Below the pieces are notes generated by a model. That model saw nothing but the letters and a program-made list of their open reading frames with translations. It made no database searches and had not been told where the DNA came from. Below are positions 24,566 to 32,000 of a stretch of 32,000 nt of DNA, in pieces (the stretch's first letter is position 1; every line of letters starts with the position of its first letter). A program made the position numbers and the translations under genes. This DNA is from Candidatus Thorarchaeota archaeon. Its GTDB lineage: Archaea > Asgardarchaeota > Heimdallarchaeia > Hodarchaeales > Hodarchaeaceae. The DNA lies in NCBI GenBank assembly GCA_048882505.1, contig JBHLRO010000003.1:60001-92000 (forward strand). Direction: 5' to 3'.

Positions 24566-26341
24566 ATGGCCGATTCTAATTCTCGGAAAAAACAGCTCCT
24601 CGCAGCGTTAATCTTCCTTATTACGCTCATTTCTGGATTTTTTCTTGCTTTTATTACGAATACGGGGTATGGTTCCATCCAGATATCACGCGTTGGCATT
24701 TCAGAGGATTCTATAAACATCAACGGGATAATTTATCGTCCACTTACAGCCACAATTAATGATCCCAGACCCGCAGTGGTTTTAGCTCATGGTATTTCAG
24801 GTAGCCAGCAGATTATGAACGGAATTGCTCTAGAACTTGCACGACGAGGATTTGTAGCTCTGGCAATTGACCTAAAAGGACATGGAAATTCAGGAGGAAG
24901 TCTTTCATTTAGCGATCCAACATTAGGAACCCTTTCAGCCGTTAGATATCTTGAACTACAACCGTTTGTAAACGGATTGAGTGTTGGACTGATCGGACAT
25001 TCATTGGGCGGAGTCGCAGTCCGAGCAACGGCCTTTGCACATAAGAATATATCAGCTGTAGTTACTTTAGGTAGTCAATCTGCCTGGGCAGGGAATGAAT
25101 CCGTTTATGGGATTATAAACACAACCTTTCCTCGGAATTTCCTTTTTGCAGTCGGTAGATATGATGAGCTGTTTGGTGATTTGAATGAATTAAGAATAGC
25201 CCTTATGCCTGTGTTTGGAACTGAATCCCCCGTTATCGCGAATTCGATCATATATGGGGATTTTCGTTTTCAGAACGCCCGTAAACTCGTGATATCAGAT
25301 ACAATTCATCTATTGGAACCGGCAGATCCCTTTATAGTTTCAGAGATTTTGTCCTGGATGGATGCATCCCTCTGGGGAGGTCGAAATGCTATTATCCCTT
25401 ATGACAACCAGATATTTCTTATTCGAGAACTAAGCTTACTGGCTGTTACGATTTCTCTTCTATTGTTGATTGTACCTTTATCTAACATACTTTATGGATC
25501 GGAAGCGTTAAAGAATTCGCAGCCATCGGCCTTTAATCCAAAGAAAGGTTTTGATGGCAAACTAGGGATTTTGGTGTCTGGATTAACCTACGGCGGGCTG
25601 AGCATTATTCTATTTATCCCCATGGTGATAATTGGATTCGTTATCAATATACCACCCCTAATATTCGGAGCTTCGACTGCGTGGTGGCTCCTTGCGGTCG
25701 GTTTGACGGGATTAGCGATGGTCAAGATATTAAATCGGCTATCCTTGATTAATGCAAAGATAGACCTAAAGCGTTTTTTTTCTCACCTTGAATCGGAATT
25801 TATGTCCAGGTATACTCTTCTATTAGTCTTGGGATATTTCGCAATCCTATATCTTCTGATCCTTTTTCTGGAGATATTGACAGCTCTTGATCTTCACTTT
25901 ATAGTCCCTATTTTTAATGATCTTTTCCCTCCTTCAAGATTAATAATCTTCGTTCTTTTTATCCCATTTCTGCTCACATATTTTGTTACTGAAGCTATTT
26001 TGTTCCTTGAACTCTCCCCTGACGCCGAGTTTGGTAAAGAAATAACTGGTAGTTATAGGGGTGCAATTCGATTGCTGGCTATAAGAACAGCACCAATAAT
26101 AGCTGTGTTAGCCTTTCAATATGTTCCGAAATTCCTGTTTAATGTTCTACCTATAAGTTGGGGATTAAGCCCCTTACTTTTTCAGTTCTTTTGGGTCATG
26201 TTGCCATTGTTTGCTACCACCAGCCTCATTTCATGGTGGGGATTCCGAGTTACAGGACGAATCGGAGGTGGAGCCTTGCTCAATACTCTTTTACTCTCTT
26301 GGATGCTGGCTTCCCAATTCCCGTTTGGATCGTTTTTATAA
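24566..26341 (+). CDS. Membrane-embedded alpha/beta hydrolase (N-terminal TM, hydrolase domain, multi-TM C-terminal half)
   Basis: VVLAHG, IDLKGHGNS, GHSLGG (Ser), YDEL (Asp), IHLLEP (His), then about 8 hydrophobic segments. Confidence 0.88.
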   Translation: MADSNSRKKQLLAALIFLITLISGFFLAFITNTGYGSIQISRVGISEDSININGIIYRPLTATINDPRPAVVLAHGISGSQQIMNGIALELARRGFVALAIDLKGHGNSGGSLSFSDPTLGTLSAVRYLELQPFVNGLSVGLIGHSLGGVAVRATAFAHKNISAVVTLGSQSAWAGNESVYGIINTTFPRNFLFAVGRYDELFGDLNELRIALMPVFGTESPVIANSIIYGDFRFQNARKLVISDTIHLLEPADPFIVSEILSWMDASLWGGRNAIIPYDNQIFLIRELSLLAVTISLLLLIVPLSNILYGSEALKNSQPSAFNPKKGFDGKLGILVSGLTYGGLSIILFIPMVIIGFVINIPPLIFGASTAWWLLAVGLTGLAMVKILNRLSLINAKIDLKRFFSHLESEFMSRYTLLLVLGYFAILYLLILFLEILTALDLHFIVPIFNDLFPPSRLIIFVLFIPFLLTYFVTEAILFLELSPDAEFGKEITGSYRGAIRLLAIRTAPIIAVLAFQYVPKFLFNVLPISWGLSPLLFQFFWVMLPLFATTSLISWWGFRVTGRIGGGALLNTLLLSWMLASQFPFGSFL

Positions 26342-26368
26342 ACCGATGAAGGCTGCTCCTGTATGTAT

Positions 26369-27409
26369 TTAAGCTATTGACCTTGCAAAGTGGAACAGTT
26401 TATCCTTGTGTAGAGGTGCTGCTTTTCTAACCTTGGAAAGGATCACATTAAGTTCATCCGCTTTGAGATCTCTTCGGAACGCTTGTATTTCTTCTTTTGA
26501 GACGCTTTCATGTTGAACCAAGCGAATGAGATCTCCTGATTTTGTCATTAATCGGCCAATATAACCGTGTAAGACGGTTTCGTGCGTTTCCTCGGGAGCT
26601 ATCTGTAATGTATGAATTAGATTATCTACGCTCGGTGTGTTTTTGAAATGGGAGTAAATTTTTCTATTGTCAACATCAACCCGCGTTATATTGGCTTTTT
26701 CATACCGCCTTAGAAAATCAACTTGAGAGGAGCAGATAATTAGATCCTTATCCTTAGGATCCAGAAAATTTGTCGCATAATCACGTTTTAATGACCGATG
26801 CGGCACCAGAAGCGCGATAGACTCAGTAACCTTATGAAGGATCTCCTTAATCTGACCGTAAAGGATGACCGGTTCCTCTAATAGTAACGCATAGATAATC
26901 TGTCCTAACTGGTCAGGAAAATATTGAAATAAGAAATCTAAATCACCTGTCTCAAAGTTTTTGTCAAGTGATCTCTGAATACGCGCTTTAATATCGGTAA
27001 AAGTCTCGGATTGCGTTGAATTCCTTTCTATTTGTGTCAAGATAATATTCTTTAATCGAGGCTTTAATTGGTCGAATATTGTTGTATCGATAATTAGATC
27101 TTCCTTTCTATAAGCTGTGTACGAGTGTTCTACTGCTTCTTGAACTTTTAGAAGCGTACTATACCATGCTTCGGAATTAACATTCTTTGTAATTGCAAGT
27201 ACAGAAAAAACCGCTCCAGATCCAGCCATCAATAGTGTAGAACTCTTGGTTTGAAAGGAATCCAGCTCACCTATCTTTAAATCAGTGGACATACCTCGTA
27301 ATGCAGCGAGAAACCCACCGAAGAGAACTTCGTCTATCTTCATAGAGTCTTCAAGGTTTACTGAACAGATGGGTATTCCTGAGTTTTTTTCCACAACCCA
27401 TAGGCCCAT
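26369..27409 (-). CDS. Longin (uDENN)-cDENN-dDENN-like protein
   Basis: MGLWVVEKNSGIPICSVNL...DEVLFGGFLAAL is longin. LDFLFQYFPDQLGQIIYALLLEEPVILYG...LHKVTESIALLVPH matches the cDENN pattern, and a helical C-terminus follows. The likely start is ATG 27409, not 27562. Confidence 0.75.
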   Translation of the reverse strand: MGLWVVEKNSGIPICSVNLEDSMKIDEVLFGGFLAALRGMSTDLKIGELDSFQTKSSTLLMAGSGAVFSVLAITKNVNSEAWYSTLLKVQEAVEHSYTAYRKEDLIIDTTIFDQLKPRLKNIILTQIERNSTQSETFTDIKARIQRSLDKNFETGDLDFLFQYFPDQLGQIIYALLLEEPVILYGQIKEILHKVTESIALLVPHRSLKRDYATNFLDPKDKDLIICSSQVDFLRRYEKANITRVDVDNRKIYSHFKNTPSVDNLIHTLQIAPEETHETVLHGYIGRLMTKSGDLIRLVQHESVSKEEIQAFRRDLKADELNVILSKVRKAAPLHKDKLFHFARSIA

Positions 27410-27730
27410 AAAGTCCTCAACGCTTGTCCTGTCACCGAGTGGCTCAGTTCTCAATACAGACCACGATCCAAAGAAGTTTAAGACGAATGAATATGTGAAA
27501 TGATTTAATCTCACTCCGATTTCAATCCTAAAAAAATTATCCAAACTGATGAATGAAGACAAAAGAAGTTGAGAAAGAATTCTCTAAGAGCGAACAATCT
27601 ATTTCACAAAACGGAACTAAATGATGTTCTTAACCAGTAAATTTCTAAACTACTCGTGTGTTTTTCTAGCCAATAACCATCAGTTCAAAAACACTTGGCC
27701 CAGAAAACGATTTTGCCCGGTTTAAGAAAC

Positions 27731-28708
27731 TTACAGGAATTCGCTAAGCTTTACCCTTGTCAATTCTCGGCGATATCGTGAAATGCGATCATTTGCGAGT
27801 GCACAATATTCCTCGCTAGTGTCAAAACCAATGAAGCGACGCCCTGTTTTTAATGCAGCAAGCGCCGTCTGTCCACTTCCCATGAATGGATCTAAAACGA
27901 TATCATTTGAGTAGGAATATAATTGGATACAACGATACGGCAGTTCAACCGGAAATGGAGCAGGGTGGCCTACGCGTTTGGCGGATTCAGTGGGAAAGGT
28001 CCATACACTTTTCGTGTATGTTAGGAACTCGTCTCGTGAAATCGTACTATCTTTGTTATCTACTCTTGGTCGTTTAAATTTTCCCTTTGAAAAAACCAGT
28101 ATGTACTCGTGAACATCACGGAGAGTGGGATTACTTGGAGATTGCCAACTACCCCACGCGGTAGAAGTACCAGCACTGGCTGATTTATCCCAAATAATTT
28201 CCCCTCGCATCAAGAACCCTATGCGATCCAAGATATCGATAATATATGTATGAAGGGGGATATAGGGCTTACGTCCGAGGTTGGCGATATTAATGCAGGC
28301 CCTACCTCCTGAAACTAATGATCTGTAAACCTCTTGAAATACAGTCTCTAGGAATGAGACATAGTCGGATAGAGAGAGATCTTGATCATAATCCTTACCG
28401 ACTGAGTAAGGGGGACTAGTAACCGTGAGATGAATGCTGTTATCGGGAAGCTGGTTCATCTGTTCAGCTGATTGACAATAGATCTTGTCTAGCAGATCTG
28501 GATCAAGGGGTGTTTCGCGGTACGGCCCTGATTCTTCCGTTTTTATTCCTGAATATAGTTGTTTATTATAGAATTCCGAAGAATCGTGACCTTCACGACC
28601 AGAAGTCCCAAATGAACTTGTCTTAGTTCGTCTTCGTCCCTTTTTTTGACTCTTATTGGACAAGGAATATCCGCAACAGAGGTTTGTTTTATTGGGCCAA
28701 CTTCCCAC
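27731..28708 (-). CDS. Beta-class N4-C/N6-A DNA methyltransferase, orphan
   Basis: VTSPPY (motif IV) precedes VLDPFMGSGQT (motif I); also HPAPFP and HEYILVFSK. The start may be TTG 28663. Confidence 0.93.
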   Translation of the reverse strand: MGSWPNKTNLCCGYSLSNKSQKKGRRRTKTSSFGTSGREGHDSSEFYNKQLYSGIKTEESGPYRETPLDPDLLDKIYCQSAEQMNQLPDNSIHLTVTSPPYSVGKDYDQDLSLSDYVSFLETVFQEVYRSLVSGGRACINIANLGRKPYIPLHTYIIDILDRIGFLMRGEIIWDKSASAGTSTAWGSWQSPSNPTLRDVHEYILVFSKGKFKRPRVDNKDSTISRDEFLTYTKSVWTFPTESAKRVGHPAPFPVELPYRCIQLYSYSNDIVLDPFMGSGQTALAALKTGRRFIGFDTSEEYCALANDRISRYRRELTRVKLSEFL

Positions 28709-28797
28709 GAAACGATTTATTTATTTGCCACCGACTCAACACTGGAAATTGGGTGTTAGAAGTTAATTAAGTTGACATAAAGGTGGTACAGTGAGTT

Positions 28798-29214
28798 ATG
28801 GATTCCATAGCTCGGGAAATACGTGAACTTCATGATTTTTTTGCCAAATGGTTTAATGGCGAAATCCCTCAAAATAAGATTGAATTTTCTCGCCTAGAGG
28901 AAGCTATTGCAGATGATTTTGTCCTCTTGTCCCCAAATGGTCAGAGAAGCTCACGAAAACAAGTTATTGCTCGTATATACTCTGCTTATGGATCGCATAA
29001 GAAAGATTCAACTCGATTTCAGATAAATATTGGAAACATCACGGTAAACCCGATTTCGTCAAACTATTTCATTGCAATGTATGAGGAATGGCAAGAGAGC
29101 AATACCAAACGCACTGGACGTATCAGTACAGCACTTTTTCACAAAAATACTAGTTTGGTAAACGGAGTTGAATGGATCCACGTCCATGAAACGTGGATTC
29201 CGGATACGGTTTAA
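28798..29214 (+). CDS. NTF2-like/DUF4440-type protein
   Basis: EIRELHDFFAKWFNG, LADDF-like IADDFVLLSPNG, YEEWQ, RISTALF, WIHVHETW. Confidence 0.85.
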   Translation: MDSIAREIRELHDFFAKWFNGEIPQNKIEFSRLEEAIADDFVLLSPNGQRSSRKQVIARIYSAYGSHKKDSTRFQINIGNITVNPISSNYFIAMYEEWQESNTKRTGRISTALFHKNTSLVNGVEWIHVHETWIPDTV

Positions 29215-29543
29215 TTATTCACAATTTCAGGAACCTTTTTTGACTCCACAATTTTATGAACAATCTTTTGATGAATCGTGCCAAGCTATTAAACCAGTCC
29301 AGGCTGGAGCTACTAAGGGCCACGAGAAAAAAAAAATAAAAATATCGAGAAGGGAATTGTACACCGAGGTAGATGCCTTGGAATTTTAATAAATTGGTCC
29401 ATAAACATTAATTCCAGTTATCAATCCGAGGTAAATCCAAAAAAAATCCTTGCTAGGGGTAAGGGGGCCCAATCTGTTTTAAATATATATTCGGAGAGCC
29501 GTGAATATCCCGAAGACCAGTATGGTAGCTCCAGGAGAGTCTT

Positions 29544-31040
29544 ATGTTGACAAAGGAGAAAATCGCGGTCACTTCTGATATGAAGGAAATATTACTGCAT
29601 CTGGAGAAGAGTGGTCCTACCACAGTGAACACAATGGCCTCTGAAATTGGGTGGTCAAGAGGAAAAATCGAATTTGTGACATCCCATCTGAAGAAACAAA
29701 GATTAGTTTCCACGAAAGTCACCCCTATAATTGAGGCAAAGATAACCCCCGAAGGAAAGCAAACTCATAAAGACGGGCTTCCTGAGCATCAAATCCTGGA
29801 AAAACTTTCAGAAATCCCCTCCGGTCTTTCAATTGAAGCACTAGTTGATTCCCTTGAAATGTCCAAACGGGCAATTAATGCAGGAATAGGCCAGTTGCGT
29901 AGAGCGGGATTGGTAAAAATAGAGAAAGGATTAGTATTTCCTCAGAAAACTAAAGCTCGCGCAAATCCTGAACTTGAACTGGCCCTTGATACCCTTGCGA
30001 AGAATCCGACCGCCTCGATTTCATCAGAATTTTTCGAAGAACTCGTACGCCGAAGATTTATAGAAGCAAAGGAACGCCAAGAAACCTCCCTTGCCCTGAC
30101 CCCCTTGGGTAAGGAGTCTTTGGCAGATTTAGAGATCCAATCTCGGGTTACCAGGCTGTCTCCTGAACTAATTCGATCAGGAAGATGGCGTGACCTGACG
30201 TTAAAGAGCTATAACATGTCTGCAGCGCCCAAGTCCGTTGAAACAGGTAGTAAACACCCATATTTGTCGTTTTTGGAGGAGGTGAAAATAAAATTGGTTG
30301 GCCTTGGATTTACGGAAATGCGAGGCCCCCCTGTAGAAAGCGAGTTTTGGAATTTCGACGCCCTATTCCAAGCACAAGACCATCCAGCTCGAGAATGGTC
30401 TGACGTGTACATAGTAAAGGCACCTTCCCATGGCCGATTACCTAAAGATAAGCAAGTCATTGAAAATGTAAAACGGGCTCATGAAACGGGAGAACCTGTT
30501 GGTTCCCGTGGGTGGCGGTATCGTTGGGATCCTTTGAAGTCTGCACGACTAGTACTGCGTCCACAAGGCACCGCTGTAAGTGCAAGAACCTTATACAAGA
30601 TGCCTATTCCCTCCAAATATTTCTGCATTGCCAGATGTTATCGTCCGGATTCAGTGGATGCAACGCATCTGTCGGAATTCAATCAGCTTGAGGGAATCTC
30701 ATGTGATCCTAGTATCTCACTTCGAGATCTTCTTGGGCTCCTCAAAACATTCGCTATTGAAATTGGGGGCGCCACCGAGGTTCGGTTTAAACCAGATTTT
30801 TACCCGTTTACATCTCCCTCCGTTGAACTAAGTGCCAAACATCCAACGTTAGGATACATCGAATTTGGCGGTGCTGGGATTTTTCGTCCGGAGGTAACGG
30901 CCCCATTTGGAATCCGTGATCCCGTCATTGCATGGGGTTTGGGAATAGATCGGCTTTTTATGGTAAAAAAAGGAATTGATGACATTCGCGAACTATTCTC
31001 CCAGGATCTCCGGTGGCTTCGCACCGTTCCAATTACGTAG
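29544..31040 (+). CDS. pheS: Phenylalanine-tRNA ligase alpha subunit (archaeal/eukaryotic type with N-terminal wHTH domains)
   Basis: HPY, FWNFDALFQAQDHPAR, RCYRPDSVDATHLSEFNQLEG, FYPFTSPS, GAGIFRPEV, WGLGIDRL. Confidence 0.97.
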   Translation: MLTKEKIAVTSDMKEILLHLEKSGPTTVNTMASEIGWSRGKIEFVTSHLKKQRLVSTKVTPIIEAKITPEGKQTHKDGLPEHQILEKLSEIPSGLSIEALVDSLEMSKRAINAGIGQLRRAGLVKIEKGLVFPQKTKARANPELELALDTLAKNPTASISSEFFEELVRRRFIEAKERQETSLALTPLGKESLADLEIQSRVTRLSPELIRSGRWRDLTLKSYNMSAAPKSVETGSKHPYLSFLEEVKIKLVGLGFTEMRGPPVESEFWNFDALFQAQDHPAREWSDVYIVKAPSHGRLPKDKQVIENVKRAHETGEPVGSRGWRYRWDPLKSARLVLRPQGTAVSARTLYKMPIPSKYFCIARCYRPDSVDATHLSEFNQLEGISCDPSISLRDLLGLLKTFAIEIGGATEVRFKPDFYPFTSPSVELSAKHPTLGYIEFGGAGIFRPEVTAPFGIRDPVIAWGLGIDRLFMVKKGIDDIRELFSQDLRWLRTVPIT

Positions 31041-31052
31041 AAGGTAGGCAAG

Positions 31053-32000
31053 ATGGTTTCCTTTAAAATTGCATATAGTGATGTTGTGTCAATGCTCCAG
31101 CTATCCGAGACCACTCCAATGGAGGAGCTGGACACCCTTTTTAGCTATTCTAAATGTGAGATAGAGGAGTATGATCTCTCCGACGATTATATCAAAGTTG
31201 ACTGCAAAACTTCCAATCGTCCTGATCTATGGGGTGTTGAAGGGCTCACTCGAGAACTTGCTGGGATTTTAGGTTCGGAAAAAGGCCTTCCGGAACTGAC
31301 CACAAAACCAAGTGGGTTTGTTTTGGAGGTAGATCCATCAATAAAGGAGGTACGTCCTTATATCGCCTGTTCAATTGTACGCGGTATTTCATTTACAGAT
31401 TTCTTGATAAAACAACTAATCCAACTCCAGGAAAAAATAGATTTTTCCTTCGGTCGTAAACGACGTAAGTCATCTATTGGAATCTATAACATAAATCTAG
31501 TAGAGAGTCCTATTTTTTACGGGCTCACGCCACGTACAACGTCCTTTGTACCCCTTGGCTACCATGATGAGATGAATCTTTCTGAAATTTTGCTCAATCA
31601 TGAAAAAGGTATTGAATATGGCCATATACTACCTGAAGAAGGTGATTTGCCAATTCTTCGTGGCGCCAATGGTGTAATATTGTCCCTACCACCGATTATA
31701 AACAGTAACGACGTGGGCCGGGTAAATGAGGAAACTACCGATGTTTTAATCGAGGTTACAGGAACAAACCTTGAAGTCGTTCAGACTGTGACCAATATTG
31801 TAACGCAAGCGCTCAGAGATCGTGGGGGTGAGGTCTATAGTGTTGAAGTCAAGTATCCTCGGAATCACGGTGAAGCCCCCCCGGTAATGATCTCGCCAGC
31901 AACTGTTCCTTTCGAGATTGAGGTTGACCCAAAGGAAATAGCGAGATACTTGGGTCTGAATCTCAAAAAAAAGGATATTAAAGGCCTTCTCCTAAAACGT
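31053..32000 (+). CDS. pheT: Phenylalanine-tRNA ligase beta subunit (5' part, runs off the window edge)
   Basis: Manual translation from ATG 31053: MVSFKIAYSD...SNRPDLWGVEGLTREL...VRPYIAC...QLQEKI...GRKRRKSSIGIYN...LSLPPIINS. It starts 12 nt after pheS. Confidence 0.96.
   Translation, partial: MVSFKIAYSDVVSMLQLSETTPMEELDTLFSYSKCEIEEYDLSDDYIKVDCKTSNRPDLWGVEGLTRELAGILGSEKGLPELTTKPSGFVLEVDPSIKEVRPYIACSIVRGISFTDFLIKQLIQLQEKIDFSFGRKRRKSSIGIYNINLVESPIFYGLTPRTTSFVPLGYHDEMNLSEILLNHEKGIEYGHILPEEGDLPILRGANGVILSLPPIINSNDVGRVNEETTDVLIEVTGTNLEVVQTVTNIVTQALRDRGGEVYSVEVKYPRNHGEAPPVMISPATVPFEIEVDPKEIARYLGLNLKKKDIKGLLLKR

Noticed and set aside
27410-27562. 51-codon N-terminal extension of the DENN-like ORF in the track
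   Set aside because: It is Phe-rich, AT-rich and looks like promoter sequence; the longin fold starts at about ATG 27409.
28798-29214. NTF2-like gene as the missing restriction partner of the methyltransferase
   Set aside because: It has no PD-(D/E)xK, HNH or GIY-YIG motif and fits the DUF4440/NTF2 pattern.
29168-29389. 73-aa ORF after the NTF2-like gene
   Set aside because: It overlaps the upstream gene, has no SD and no recognisable motif. It is probably intergenic sequence.
6135-31135. Many short track ORFs (for example 6322-6669, 10645-10962, 11136-11501, 21494-21775, 23509-23802, 30800-31135)
   Set aside because: They overlap confidently assigned genes, mostly antisense, and have no motifs of their own.
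1-32000. CRISPR array, tRNA/rRNA, transposase or integrase
   Set aside because: I found no regularly spaced repeat-spacer units, no T-arm/cloverleaf consensus outside coding regions, and no DDE, HUH or tyrosine-recombinase motifs.

Overview
This window of about 40% GC looks like an Asgard archaeon, most likely Heimdallarchaeia/Hodarchaeales-like. That is an inference from the archaeal-type pheS/pheT, the RIO1 kinase, the Heimdall-type TPR protein and three longin-headed proteins. Most of it is ordinary metabolism: two M20 amidohydrolases, thrC, RidA, an esterase, an epimerase, a DMT transporter, a VIT1 transporter, a rhodanese-MBL fusion and an orphan beta-class DNA methyltransferase. I found no tRNA, rRNA, CRISPR array or intact mobile element. 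The main observations are: (i) three proteins share the same longin alpha1 motif but have different outputs: a longin-wHTH translationally coupled to a MinD-type ATPase, a longin with tandem wHTH that resembles NPRL2 and follows a small 3-TM gene, and a minimal longin-DENN protein; (ii) an endonuclease V homologue keeps the lesion-recognition motifs but has lost its metal-binding acidic residues; (iii) an unannotated ORF has a protein-kinase-like motif order with substituted catalytic residues; (iv) a 7TM receptor ends in a His-bearing DHp hairpin with no ATP-binding domain; (v) up to three genes appear to start at CTG; (vi) several decayed gene remnants are present. All family calls come from motif recognition by eye, with reference sequences recalled from memory. 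No searches were run.
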